This document shows positions 26,300-39,600 of a stretch of DNA of 64,000 nucleotides, in pieces. The position numbers were made by a program, and so were the translations under genes. Numbering within the stretch: position 1 is the stretch's first letter; each line of letters starts with the position of its first letter. The notes beneath the pieces are model-generated. The model was given only the letters and a program-made list of their open reading frames with translations, had not been told where the DNA came from and did no database searches. Where the stretch lies: assembly GCF_964204645.1 (NCBI RefSeq), contig NC_134035.1, positions 12,618,451-12,682,450 of the forward strand, written 5' to 3'. The stretch is from Tubulanus polymorphus. Lineage: Eukaryota; Animalia; Nemertea.

Positions 26300-27224
26300 G
26301 CTGCTGCTGCTGCTGCTACATCAACGTTTTCTTTCTCTCAACCTTCTCGATTTTCGCGGTCGAGAAGAATGTTGCGGAACTTTCTCTGTCGGGGTCGTCT
26401 CTCGGCGACGACGACGGTTTACATAGACACGCGGTACGTCATTAGTTCCTGATTGGTACACCAGGGAGCACTATTTTACGCGATCGGCTTATCAAACAGG
26501 AAGGATCTATCCGCCCGCAACGCGATCAGGGAATTCGTTAATTGTTACGTGTTTTCCGATCACGTATTATTTCGACTGATTCGAATCACGAGGGTAAGAG
26601 ACTGTTCTGTCAGCCGAACCCCGTCATCTGTATCGATTATTTACGCCCGTTTAAACCCCGGGGCTATTTCCCAATTTATAGTTGCCATTCATTTGCAGTT
26701 CTTTCCGAGGTTTTAACAAATTCGCCCCGAGAGTCCGGCCGCACCGGAGTCGGACTCCCACGCACTGCACGCGAACAGTATGGAGGAGTTCCTATCAAGA
26801 CGGCACTGCGCGCTCAGACAGACTCTTAAGGGAAATCCGCGCACTCCCGCCTCGACAATGATTCGCTTCAGCTCCTGCGATACCGAACTTCGGAAATGTC
26901 GGCAATAAATATTCGGTCGTTTCTCCGATCAATTAGAACTTTATAAGTTGTTTGTAAATGCGAATGTCGCGAGCCTCCGTCTGATAATCCGAGGTCTCTT
27001 TTCAGTGAACGATTATTGATGCCGGCCCGACGCGAATCCGGCGTCGTCGCATTTTTTCGGCGTCTGCGGAATTTGAAAGTTTTACTGCAGAAAAACAGTA
27101 GTATGTATATCCAGAAAATTCTCGATGGTGACGCATACAGGCACCAGGAGTCGCCACTGGTTATACCCGCCGAGCACCAAGACATGATGATATGTGTCTA
27201 TATTGACCACCACGTAAGCGAATA

Positions 27225-29762
27225 CTATGATATGTAGTCGAAGTCTGGTTGAATCACACCCAGAAATTCTAAAGTCGTCTTAAATTCACTCAAATCAATA
27301 ATTTCATCACCTGAAAAATTGTGAAAATCTCTTTAAAAACATTGAAATATATGTATATATTCATAATGCTTGGTATCTTCGACTCTTTAAGTAAGTTCAG
27401 TAAGTTCGACTCTTAAAGATGTTGTAAGCGCCACGAAAAATGTCAAATTCATTATAAATGCGACAATAACAAGTTTACGTCGCAGATTAGGTGGTCGATG
27501 ACGTCATTTTCATGCAGACAATATTTGAGGGATTCTTTCGATAAATAAGTGGCTGTTTATTTGAAGAGGAAGCCACGTTTAGAAAGAAAAAACAATGCGA
27601 GTATCACTCTCTCGGTGAATGGTGATATAAAATCACACCTACGAACCAAAATGAGCCCGAACTGAAAACGACTTTCAGGATAAAGTCAAAACGTCGAATG
27701 AATATTAGCTCGAGGAAACATTTCTGACTTTTTTATTTTCTTTATAAGATACCGCTAGCGTCTTACCGTTCAAATCAAATAAATGGAAAAGTCTCTCGGC
27801 GAAAACTGAATCGGAGTGTTCAGCACCGTGGCCGCGCATATTGCTAAATATAGAAAATGCCGTGTCCCCGCTCCGTCTAGCCGTCGATGGGTGAGATTCT
27901 GTACGAGAACATAGGAAGAAAAATAACCATGGATGAAACATTCTCAGCCTGTTGTAACGACGATATAGAAAATCCCACAGAAAGAGACACTGAGTCATAA
28001 AACAGTTTTCTTTTTAGTTAATGATTTATTTTCGACAGCATTCCTGAAGGTGACCGTAAGAATAAACGGTAGTCTCGAAATGTCGAAAATAAATTATTAA
28101 GTAAATGAAACCTTTTCGGACTTGTTTTTCTGAGTTTGGCATTTTCTACATTATCAACACAAGACGAGCATATGAAATTACACACACACAGCACAAACGA
28201 ACGATCTTTTAAATACGGCAATTTTTTTCGTGAACGGAGGCGTGCAATCGCCGCCCGATCATCACTGGCCGAGTTCAGGTTACCGAGAATAGAGGAAAAA
28301 AGAACTTCGCCTTATTTATAATCGCTTTGACAATATTTTTACGCAAATGTCGAGCGAAATTTTATCGCGACGTCGCGAAATATTGAGATTATCGTCGACA
28401 TTATCGGGTTACGTAATTCGGTATACGGTGTAATTTTCCTACACGTCTCTGGAGACGATCACGACAAGTTATTTTGCGCTTATCTATAAGCGGGTGTAAA
28501 AGATTGTTATGAATATCATGAATCGTCTTAATTTGTCAGAGCACTTGGCGTATCTTCTATTCTCTACATGGTTGAATTTGGTATTGAACAGGCACCTAAA
28601 ATCACTAATGCCTTGCAGTGCAATTTTCATCGAAAATCCTTTCGCAACTCCGAATTTGTGCCAACCTTTGAACATTAAGAGTAGAGTTAATTTGTTAGGC
28701 CGTAGACACTGGGTTCATCTAGTCTATCCATGCTTAGATTTGAAATTAGATTTTTTTAAACGTTAGGAACACGCGATTTTGTAGTAAACTCACCACGACC
28801 CAGTTCTACAGTTGTGAGTTAGAGTTAACTCTTGAGTTAAAGTTAGTTCATTTTTAATGAGTTAACTCAGAGTCAAATCTTAACTCGCGGTTGTGTGGAA
28901 CTGGACCCAGAGCTTTCTATCCAAATCGATGGATCAATGCCAATGCACTACGCGCGCTAGACGAAGATTGGGATCTAAAGCTCCGGTGAGTTTTCTACGA
29001 ATTGTGTGTTTTTAACGTTTAAACATTGACTAACTTTATTGGTTTACATATACAGATCAACTTATTCCAATTGGTATAGAACACACGGTTCCAAGGGTTC
29101 AGCTTGACTCTAGTCGAAATAATTTCATTTCGACTGTTTTAGATCTCGAGACGAAATCTTTAGCGAGAACTCATTGAACTGGATCCAGAGGTTTGCATTA
29201 AACTATAAGTGTCCGTATTCAGGAAGTGACGTACGCGTTTCGCAACGACCAGAAGGAAGGAAACTTTCCGATCGGAAGCAGTTGGCGTGATACTCACGAG
29301 CTGACGCTGACAGGGGTTCGTTACGTCAGGGAGGTGGGAGTGAACTTCACTCCCACCTCCCTGGTTACGTGTATGCCACATGGGCAACTGAAATACCCGC
29401 GGGCACCTCGTGAAACACCGGTACGGTCCCAGGGCCTGCGGGGTATTGACATGGCTTTTCAAAAGATGAAGGAAGCGTGAAAAAATGACACTATTTAATA
29501 AATTCATGGAGTCTGACTATCAAAATAGTAAAAAACCTTTCTACGATTTCAAGGACCTATATTAGTGTATATAAACCTATTTTCACGATTTTGATGAGGT
29601 CGGTGCGACCCGCTTGGAAGTAGTTTGTATATACGTACCATGCGTATTTTGCTTTGATGAGTGGTGATAATGGCGCTCGTGGTCGGGTATATAAAACGCT
29701 CCACACTTTGATAGGCAGCAAATACAGGACAGAAGAAGAACGACTACGTGTAGACCATCCAT
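27225..29762 (-). CDS. Small secreted precursor-like protein with C-terminal EF-hand (113 aa, 3 coding exons: 29762-29639, 27898-27767, 27310-27225)
   Basis: Exon A follows acceptor ttttcattttgatattag (exon starts 29775), ATG at 29762, donor G|GTACGT. Exon B has acceptor ttcttcctatgttctcgtacag and donor G|GTAAGA. Exon C has acceptor caatttttcag and stop TAG 27227-27225. Both introns are phase 1 and the joined frame is open: MDGLHVVVLLLSCICCLSKCGA-FYIPDHERHYHHSSKQNTHESHPSTA-RR-SGDTAFSIFSNMRGHGAEHSDSVFAERLFHLFDLNGDEIIDLSEFKTTLEFLGVIQPDFDYIS. The EF-hand loop DLNGDEIIDLSE forms only across the exon B/C junction. Confidence 0.8.
28756..29022. mobile_element. Inverted-repeat element with a second MITE (about 28797-28908) nested inside, in an intron of the EF-hand gene
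   Basis: Outer arms ttaaacgttaggaacacgcgattttgtagtaaactcacc / ggtgagttttctacgaattgtgtgtttttaacgtttaa. Inner element gacccagttctaca ... tgtggaactggaccc. Confidence 0.65.
29327..29363. mobile_element. 37-bp perfect palindrome flanked by a 7-bp direct repeat
   Basis: gttacgt|cagggaggtgggagtgaa-c-ttcactcccacctccctg|gttacgt. Confidence 0.65.
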
Positions 29763-31453
29763 TTAGTGCTTGTATCTAATATCAAAATGAAAAGAAAAAG
29801 AATAAAACTATGATGATATTCAATCAGGCTAAACGACAAAATTATTTCGTATTTTAATTTTTTTTTCACAAAATATTCTTGTAAGTATAAAAGTATATAA
29901 GTTTAGTCACTTTGATGAATTAAGATTATCAATATTATTACATTAACCGTTGAAAACAGTATCAAATGCAACATATCGTATTCTCTACCTTCATCACGTG
30001 ATAAAACAGAAATAGTTTTTAAAAAAGGGGAAAATGCGGATAAAAGTACCCTAACAAAATGGCGGCTAGCAACTGTAAAATGGTTAAGTGAGAAACATCC
30101 GTTTGCCATCAGGATCAGAGGCACTTTGAACTGAGTATTCGTAAATTACCCTAAAGCTGATTTCACACCTGTGACTTAAGTTCAATGAAAAGTGCTCTTA
30201 ATTCCTAAGACTGGCCTTAAGTTGTTAGATAGGCTACAGTTGGTCTTAGAGCGCTCTTAAGCCGTGCCTATGCAACTGGCCCCTGGACATGCGCCGCACT
30301 TAAAAACCCTAGCCTATTCAAACCTAAGATAAAGTGCGCGGAAAATTAAAAATCTCTGAAAGGAAGAGAGAGCTCTCAGTTTGAGAAACCACCGACTGAA
30401 AAGAAATAGTAACGAAGAAGAGAAAATACGTTTTCAGGTGTTTTAGTTTAGAAAGTTACGAACGGGGATGATCAGAAACGCGTCGAAACAGTTGATTTTT
30501 CTGTAAAGTATTGTGTAAGACCTCCACGATGTTCGGAACCTGAAGCCATTCATCTTAGTATCTCCCTCAGACACTGTGCGTGTGTGTGTGAATGAACGTG
30601 TGTTCAGTTATTTACTATCGCTTCTTAATATATCTATTTCTCTTACGTGCGGAGTTAGTGTCTTGTAATCGTACGTTTAAGCTAACACTAAACAACACAT
30701 ACTTGCAAAATTATTTTAATAGTATACACCTTTTTATTTACAGTTTTTTTTGACGCTTTTAAAAACTAGTACAAAAAAGTGTTTTCATGCATCGATAACT
30801 ACTACTAACGTAAATTCTATATCATTCTTTATCGATAATGCTAAGCAACATGAACGCGTACAGTTTTCAAAGCGTCAAAAAACTTTCAAGTTAGTTTTCT
30901 CGTTCGTTTTTACCTGTTATTGTAACAACGATATCCAAAGAAATTCCTTTATCATTTTGCAGTTATCCCCGACAAAATGCATTGAAGCTGTTACAATAAA
31001 TTGTACACATTCTGTCTTTCGAGACTCAATCTCCTACATACATTATCACCTCATTCCTACCGGTAGTCGCTAAGTAAGACTATGCTAATTTGACGATTTT
31101 GACACAACGATTTTAATGGTGAAATTGTATTCATTTGATATAATCTATTATATCCCTTTAACTCATCCATCATAGTCTAGTTAAATAATCATTCGTTTTA
31201 ATAAGTGCTACCAGCAGTATATGCGCAAACGATGTAATGACCGATGACATCCCTTCCTGGAAAGATGTAACAACAGGACTCGGTGGGTGTCTCAACAGCT
31301 CTTCTCGGTTGATGTCTCGTGTCACCCAATCGGAAATGATGAACTACGTCTTACTCTATCATAACCGCAAACTGTTGGCGCTCAGTACGTCATCTCTCAG
31401 GCCAGTTAGCCATGGTGGAAATGTAGTTAACAGTGTGGATAAGTGCTCTCCAG

Positions 31454-31581
31454 GGCCCAGTTTCACAAAAAAGTTAAACTCAAATTTTTGGTGTAATTGC
31501 CATTGGTTACTTCATGTTTTCAATGAGGACAACAATTCAAACTTAACCGTTTTAGGCTAAACTTGTTCGTGAAACCGGCCC
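31454..31581. mobile_element. Harbinger-type MITE
   Basis: Imperfect TIRs ggcccagtttcac ... gtgaaaccggccc, with CAG on both sides. Confidence 0.65.
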
Positions 31582-33077
31582 CAGGTTTTTCCTGATTTTT
31601 TCTAAATTTTTCAGATTCGCTGGGTTGTCCAGGTTAGTGGCCACCCTGCTCCCAGAGAAAGGAACCCACGACATGGCCACCTTTTGCACTAGTTTGTTAA
31701 CGACCTACCATCATCAAACCTACCAACAGAACTTATAGAAGAATGTAGGATACCAACACCAAAGACTTCGTAATCGCCTAAATTCTAAAATGGAAAAGGG
31801 GCGGGACGAAAAAATTAGACAAACCTACCTGAGACGTCTTCACTGCAAGACATAGTAACGGTTTGAAACCGAGTGCAAAGGAAATATGCTCCCGAAATCT
31901 AAAGTCAGGACACCGAGTACGATCGAAAGAAATAAACAATAGATTTGTTGCGTTACATCTGTCATAAACTGTTTATATGTAAGTCTGACCCGCGGGATGA
32001 AAATATGAAACAAACTTCACGCTCGTAACACTGTAGGCATGTTAATCTAAATTGACTATAATGAGATATCAATTTGTCAGTAGTCGGCATTCCGTAATGT
32101 AGAACCGGGGAGAGAGAGAGGGAGAGAGGGAGACGATATACACGTGCAGGAGAACCGGCCCGAACTTACTATAAAAAAAACACTACAAAAACTGCTATAA
32201 ACATGCTGAATTACGTAAACGTCCTGGGGACATGTTGTTTGAAAAGAAGGTTGCTAACTCGGAATAGACCTCGAAAATTTTTTTCAACAATTTTGTTCTG
32301 TACTTTATGATTATGATTATTTTCTCGACTCACGGTCGGCATTTATTCAACTAATTTCGTATTCATACGTAAATCTAATTCAGCTCGATGGAAAATCAAA
32401 TGAATCGAGTGAATGTCATTCATTTGTGCATCATTTTTCGTCGATAAAAAAATTAAACTTTTCATCCGATTCACTTGAGTTCTTATTTCTAGTTCAATCG
32501 TCATCATCATCGTATACGGAACGAATCTATCGATAAACTAGCTACAAGAAAAATAGGGGAGAGTAATTCTTCATCGGTAATTCAAATAAATGGCTTTACG
32601 TCAATATCTAATTAACTGAAGAGAACAAACTTCACCAACCACGGTTTCTAATTAGTAATCAGAAAGCTAATCCGTCGTCGCACAGTCAACTTGAGTTCAA
32701 TTAGTTAGCTAATTTATATTCACGCGACGGTCATATCTCTCTACAATAAGATCCCAATGGTCATATCAACTCATATTAATCATCATTAAATGGTTTGGAT
32801 TGATGCGCATATTTAAAGGTCAATTGCACCCTAATTCGGTAGCTTAACGTTGACTTAACTCGGTCGTAAAGAAAGAAAGCGTTTTATCGTTCGTCTGGTG
32901 TAAGATATCCATCCAAACAGTTTCATGTCTATAATAAACAAGAGGAATCTACAGTGTGAACGTTCGGAGCGGATAAATCATATCTCCTAGCATGATTGAT
33001 GAAAAGACCAACAATTATAAACGAAAACCAAGAAAAGTATTTGCAATTTCGAATCAATTACCATGAGCAATTATAAA

Positions 33078-33667
33078 AAGATAGTAGTGATGTTTAGACT
33101 CAATTCTATGAGCCATTACAGAAGAGAGTAGTGACGTTTAGACTCAATTCTATGGGCCATTTTCAAAACTAAGATAGTAGTGACGTTTAGACTCAATTCT
33201 ATGAGCCATTACAAAAGAGAGTAGTGACGTTTAGACTCAATTCTATGAGCCATTTTCAAAACTAAGATAGTAGTGACGTTTAGACTCAGTTCTATGAGCC
33301 ATTTTCAAAAATAAGAGAGTAGTGACGTTTAGACTCGATTCTATGGGCCATTTTCAAAACTAAGATAGTAGTGACGTTTAGACTCAATTCTATGAGCCAT
33401 TACAAAAGAGAGTAGTGACGTTTAGACTCAATTCTATGAGCCATTTTCAAAACTAAGATAGTAGTGACGTTTAGACTCAGTTCTATGAGCCATTTTCAAA
33501 AATAAGAGAGTAGTGACGTTTAGACTCGATTCTATGAGCCATTTTCAAAACTAAGATAGTAGTGACGTTTAGACTCAATTCTAATGAGCCATTTTCAACA
33601 TTGGTAATACTGGTACGATTTTGGAAATGGCTCACAACAGGATTGAGTCGAAACGTTACTTAAGAGT
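33078..33667. repeat. 49-bp satellite array (about 11 copies, with 44-bp variants) followed by an inverted copy
   Basis: Unit agagtagtgacgtttagactcaattctatgagccattttcaaaactaag. Variants recur with a 191-bp period. Inverted arm at about 33619-33667. Confidence 0.92.
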
Positions 33668-36600
33668 ACCGTCCCCGGTATGGAAGGAAAACCACACTGT
33701 TAGTTTTTCGTCATAATTGTGAGTTTTATTCTTCGGTTGAATCATAGACACTCATTTGTCCTTGGAAACCGAAGTCTCAGATGATTTGCTGATTGAATTC
33801 AAAAGAAAATGGAATTTACTTCTGTCTCTCTGACTATACGAATATATAAATAGGACGGATACCAAATTCTTTAGATTGAATTGAATCATTCATTCTATAA
33901 ATCTAAACTGCGCACTCAATCCGCGAATATGTGTGACTGCTGCACCTCTAATCTCTATTCTATCCCTCTCTCCACGATTCATCACTCTGAAACTTTTTGT
34001 CCGTTTCATTCGACGTCGAATATTCATAATCACCCGAGGCATTTGCGTTTGGAGAGGGTTCTACTTAATCGTTGATGAAACGATGATTTTATCAAGCTCT
34101 CAAATTGGAACTTTAAAGGTATCGTTTATTGCTCATTTGTACATCTCATATTATAGCCAACCCGCCTACGCAATTTGAATATCCGCTCGTGTTCACGCGA
34201 TTGAATTTCATTAATCAGTATTTTGTAATTCAAGTTTCTTTTTCCATCCCCGATCCAACCGATAATACCAGCTGATGAAGTTTTTTTCTTGTCCGTTAAA
34301 ACCGGCGGGAGTTTCACGGGGGAAAATACATCGCGACGCAGTTGATGAAAACCCGGGAGATTGATACGAGAGCGACTAGAAGCTACTAATGAACTTATCT
34401 TTCGGAGACGATCCAGTAAAATCCCTCCTACGTAAGAAATGAATGTGTCATAAAAGCAGCAACAAATCTGGCTTTTGTTTAAACGACAAACTGCCCGGAT
34501 CAATTCTACTGTTATCGGTTATATCTCAAGTCGTCGGCGGATTTTATGTAAAATGAAGACCGAAATGTTTCCTTGCACTAATAGTTTATTCGGCGTGTCA
34601 AAACTATACAGTCATCTTCAGCAATACTAGTGTCATGAAGAAATTATCAGATAAACATAATGAGTTTAAAACCAGCTAAACTAAGTTTAAAAGTTTTAAA
34701 ATTTCAATTATCAAAATTCAAAATCAAAAGACACGGCGTTTCGGACTCTCTCTAGAGACCAATCGTCAGGTATATTTAGTATATGGTGGTTTTTGAATAG
34801 TTGATTTTAAACTTATTATCTATTATCCACATCAGAGCTATTCTGCTATGAAACATACATGTATATTAACAGTCCAGTTCCAATTAAACTCCAAGTAAAC
34901 GCTTTGGACTCGGTTTATTCTGAGTGTGCAGGAACCTAACATGATCTATCAACGCGGACTTGCGGAATATTTCATCAATTTCGCCGATTCTCATCTCGAC
35001 CATCCGTCGTGTCGTGTTTTGCTGTGCTTTTTGATGGTGCCGTTTCATCGTGTGTCTAATCGCTTTTAACCGTATTGACATTTCGCGCCAAGATCGACAT
35101 CATTTCCGACCACCTATTATGTATATCTGTGTAACACAAACGGACTGACCAGTAACACAGGCAATCAACGCTTGCCTGCCTGCCTGTCTGTCTGTCTGTG
35201 GGCTCATAATATATATACATCATACATAATCATATCACAAAGAGCACAAATTGACATGCATCCTATCAGTAATATGGCGAATCTTTTGATGGAGGAGGGG
35301 GTTGATAACGCCTCTAGCAGCGAAGATAGTGTCATCGGTTATATCTGGCGGTCATCGTTTTTGTCCTATCGAATAATTGCGCGCGCTTGTCGATTGTAAT
35401 GCGACTAGCGAGGACGGAAAGAGGAATCTGACGACGGTGATCGTGCTAATGCCGGCCGTCCTCCGCCCGCGCCAGCCAGGTGACATTTGACGGAAGTTTA
35501 CGAAGAGAAAAAAAAAACAACTATCGAAAGATTATCAGGCGTTTCGGGCGACGGTCCAGAAACAAGCATTTTTGTTTCGTGTTCCAGCGCATTCCAAAAT
35601 GGTTAGAGACTTTCTCAGTTGCTCGGTATCAACACAATTTGCCTGAAACTCAAGTCTTTCAAAAATGATAAGTTTACCGCATAAGCCCTGACAAATAACG
35701 TCACCTTATATGATTAATTCACACTACACAGTACAGTACACGTGCACCGCTTAAAGGAAAATGAAAATTTCGAATCTGTTAACTCCGTACAAATGCGTTG
35801 ATTGAGTTAGGGAATTAACAGTTTGAATAATTATAAACGCAAACATATAAACGAGCGTAGATAATATGATAAATCACGGACTCCTGCAGGGCGACTCTCT
35901 ATTTTAGAGTCCATGGCGCTAAAGACCTACGTAAGGAAAAAAACGTCAAAAGCGATCCTCATCCTCATTACCTCATCATTCGACACAAGACCTTCGAGAA
36001 AATGGTCAGGTTCTTATGTTCTTATCTATTCTAGAAACAAATCTTATTCAAAAAATGATTCGAGGCGACAAGAATTTGTTCGGATTTAATTCTTAATTAA
36101 AAAAAAAAAACAGGAAAAGATATGATAAAGAACGATCGCGATATTCTAGTTTTCCCTCTCTGTACCGACTATTTCAGAATTCATAACACACTGTGCTATT
36201 TCAATCAAAATAAATGAGATCATTAACAAGGGAACGATGCAATTATATCGGGTTCTGTTTTGTCTATCGTTTCTAACGTTTAAAGTCTATTTAAAGTGAT
36301 ATTCATATATTTTTTTTTCAAAAATCAAAAAGGAAGTTGGAGAGAAGAGTGTCTCCTGCAGTCAGACTCACCTGTTCCGGTAGACACTTGTTAACTGAGG
36401 GTGCGGAATTAGTGTTCGAACACTAAGGCAATGCCTCGTGTTTTATCCGCGATCTTACAGACGGTTATGTCATGTATTCGGGTGAAAAAGTACTTAAGTT
36501 TTACTAACACGAGCAAAACAAGAAACGATAAGATGCCGTTTAGATAAGAGGCAATGAGAGAGAGAGAGAGAGAGAGGGAAGAGGGAGAGTGAGAGGGAGA

Positions 36601-39600
36601 GAGAGAACGAAAAAAAGTGAATTCTAATAAGAAATACTGAATTTTCTATGTACAGCCTCCCCAGACACACACGTGTGTGTGTCTCAAAATCGAAAAAGGT
36701 GAAGGCAACGTATTGTGGGGATGAGAACCTTATCGAGGTTAGGAGGATGTGCGAAAAACTTGGATGAGCAAGACAAGTCTGAGCCGTTTTTGCAGAGAAT
36801 AATGAAGTATTGGTTTCCAAAGACAAGTAGCCGTATAATGTCAATAAGTTGATAAACCCACCGTAAGTAGGAAAAACTAGGAGATAGTCTGACGTTTCAA
36901 ATCACAAATCTATGAGCCATTTTCAAAATTCGCCTAGTTTTTCTTCACTTTGGGTGGGTTTCTCAACTTATAATATTTTAGTTTTTTCAGGGAAGAATTT
37001 GACAAAATTCCGTCGGAGAAAAGACAGTCAGTGTCCTCTAGAAAATGTGTGCATTTACGAAAACAGGCAGTTCGTGTGCACGAACCGAAAAGGATCGTGC
37101 TGTATATCGAGTTGGTAAACATACGTTTTCGTTTAGCTGGTCTGAATAAGATGTTAACCATCAATGAACAGATAAGATGAAGAAAATTCGAAACTGTAGA
37201 CACGATATGGGAGAATTCTGGGGTTCATTTCCAGGAAATAGCCCCTATACCACACAGGCGTTATACGTACATACAGCACAAACCTTTTCAATTCTAGTTA
37301 AACCACCAGCGACACATCATTTTTCTGTATAAAACCCGATGATTTCGCTGATACGTATTTCAACTATTTTTACGACGATAACAAAAAGTCTGCGTGGTTG
37401 ACTCATAATGAAAAAAACCCATCGATGACAAAATCCTACGTTAGATTTCGTGGTTTTTGTTCCAGTATAAATAATTTAGATAAATAGAAAGCATGAATCA
37501 AAATCCGTAGTTGTTCGATGATTGTGGTTAAACTTGGTCGTCGTCGTTTCTATCGTTGGAAATTCATGAGCTGCGAAACTCGAATCCGGAGTTAAAACAT
37601 ATACGGTAGATACAGTAAGTCAAAATCACCGATCCTAGTCGACTAAGACTACGATATATAGGTTGAAAATTGCAAAAACCGCCATACGAAATATCATGTT
37701 AAAGTTGCGGATTAAGATTCACAGTTTTCTCTGCAGAAATAAAGCTCTCTAAGACGTCTACGGGTAATTGATGATGGATGATGGCTGTTATAGGAAAAAG
37801 CGGTTTCGAAAGATCTTTTTAGTGTATAATCTGTGTATTTTTTGCCCGAAAAATTATGAAACCTTTTAGTCGATCCTCTAATTCTCTGTGTTCAAATATA
37901 TGTTGATATTCAACTAATTATTGTCCCGGTATATCATAAGTATTCATGTATTGTGTTAATTCATTTTTTATGTATTTCAATTCATTTCACAGAAAAGCAT
38001 AACATTAAGATTACAAGAAAGTTAAACAATTAAAATGAAATAGAGAAGAAAATATATAAATTTACAAATATTGTAGCGTGCTATTTCCATGTGGGCCTTG
38101 CAGGCACCCAATGAAACATTTCGCGTGGTGTCATCAGCGAAAACTAAAATTTTGATTCTCGGACAATAGCCCTTCGGAACTACAAATCAACTCCAATCCG
38201 TCTCGAAAATAAAGCGTTAAAAAAATAATAAAACACGCCGAATGATTGGGGTAAAGGTCGAGTTAGCCAAATTTGCTGGGAAGTTATTGAATATTTCTAT
38301 AGAAAGTGGCGTAGATAATAGAGAGACTTCCTTTCAAAAAAAAATAAACTCCCACCGCGTGTGGGGTCACCATAAAATAGCGTAGTTTTTACACGCTTAA
38401 AACATTGTGGTAATAGTTAGTTTTGATGATGTAGGTGGTTCTCGGTTATTCACGACAGATGGAATTGTATTTACTATGAAGATGCACCTGTAACCTGTTT
38501 GAACAGCGAGAGAAACAGATAGCACCACAATCAACCTTCAATCGCTCCACACACTCTCTCCCTCTCCCCTCTCTCCCTCTCTCTCTCTCTCTACAACTAA
38601 ACCGCAAACTACTACTCCACTTTACTGCAGCAATATCGCTGGTACAAACCAGTCTACGCGCAAACTACGACTGAAGTACCGAACCGGCGACAACAGACGT
38701 GTTGCGAATGAGGAACAGTGTAGAATTAAAATCACTCTCGTCCTCCCTATCGACTAACGCCTACTGAAGATCTCCTACTGCATTAATCCTATTAGTTTAA
38801 ACATTGATAGATTGATTGTTTCCACAACCAAGTGGCTGTCTGTAGTTCAAACTTGTTAAGGAAAATTCCATCCAACTCTATTGGCCATTTTCAAAACAGT
38901 TTTAAAAATGAATCTGAACGTCACTACTCAATTAGTTTTTGAAAATGGCTCGTAGAATTCAAGACTCCAAACGTCACTATATATAGTACCGTTTCTTTAA
39001 AAAGGGGGGGGAATATAGCACGACAATTAGAGGGCAAAACCATAGTTAGTGGTCGAATTTGTCACGAGGGTCACAAATTCATTTCCAGTGTTATTTTTAT
39101 CCAAGTGTCCATTTTGTCCATTCCAGTCAGAAGGGGTTGTTTGATTTTGAAATCGAAATTTTAACTACGCATATTGCGTAGATGGTTGGTGAAATTACAC
39201 AATTTGGAAATATCGCTTCTCGACCAAGAACGGGTGTGCAATCAAAGGTCCAGTGTTTAAAACAGCTAAAATTAAGTCATAACTAAAACGCGAAGGGTTT
39301 TTTCTAAACCGACAAGACTGTTCTACTTCGTGATTACAAGTTCATTTTCTTATTTTGAGAGCGGTATAAATTTTATCTTCTCCCATCAATGTCTGGTTTT
39401 CTCTCTCTCTCTCTCTCGCACATACACTCACACTCACACACACACACACACGTGGATAAATCCAGCTCGCCCCGGAGTGAGTGGTTCTAACTCATGTACT
39501 ATACCCGTTTATCCATCAATTCACGTCCCGACAGCGAAAAAAATGATTCCGTACAAACAGGCCAATAGGTAGGCTTCCATAGACAACATCGCTGTCTATG

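Noticed and set aside
27899-27998. N-terminal part of ORF 27705-27998 (MFHPWLFFFLCS) as the start of the EF-hand protein
   Set aside because: The hydrophobic run is better explained as the translated polypyrimidine tract of the acceptor at 27899-27900
31840-31965. Minus-strand short ORF MTDVTQQIYCLFLSIVLGVLTLDFG... resembling a signal peptide
   Set aside because: Stops before the strong donor at 31829; the exon at 29775-29639 gives a much better signal peptide in the correct phase
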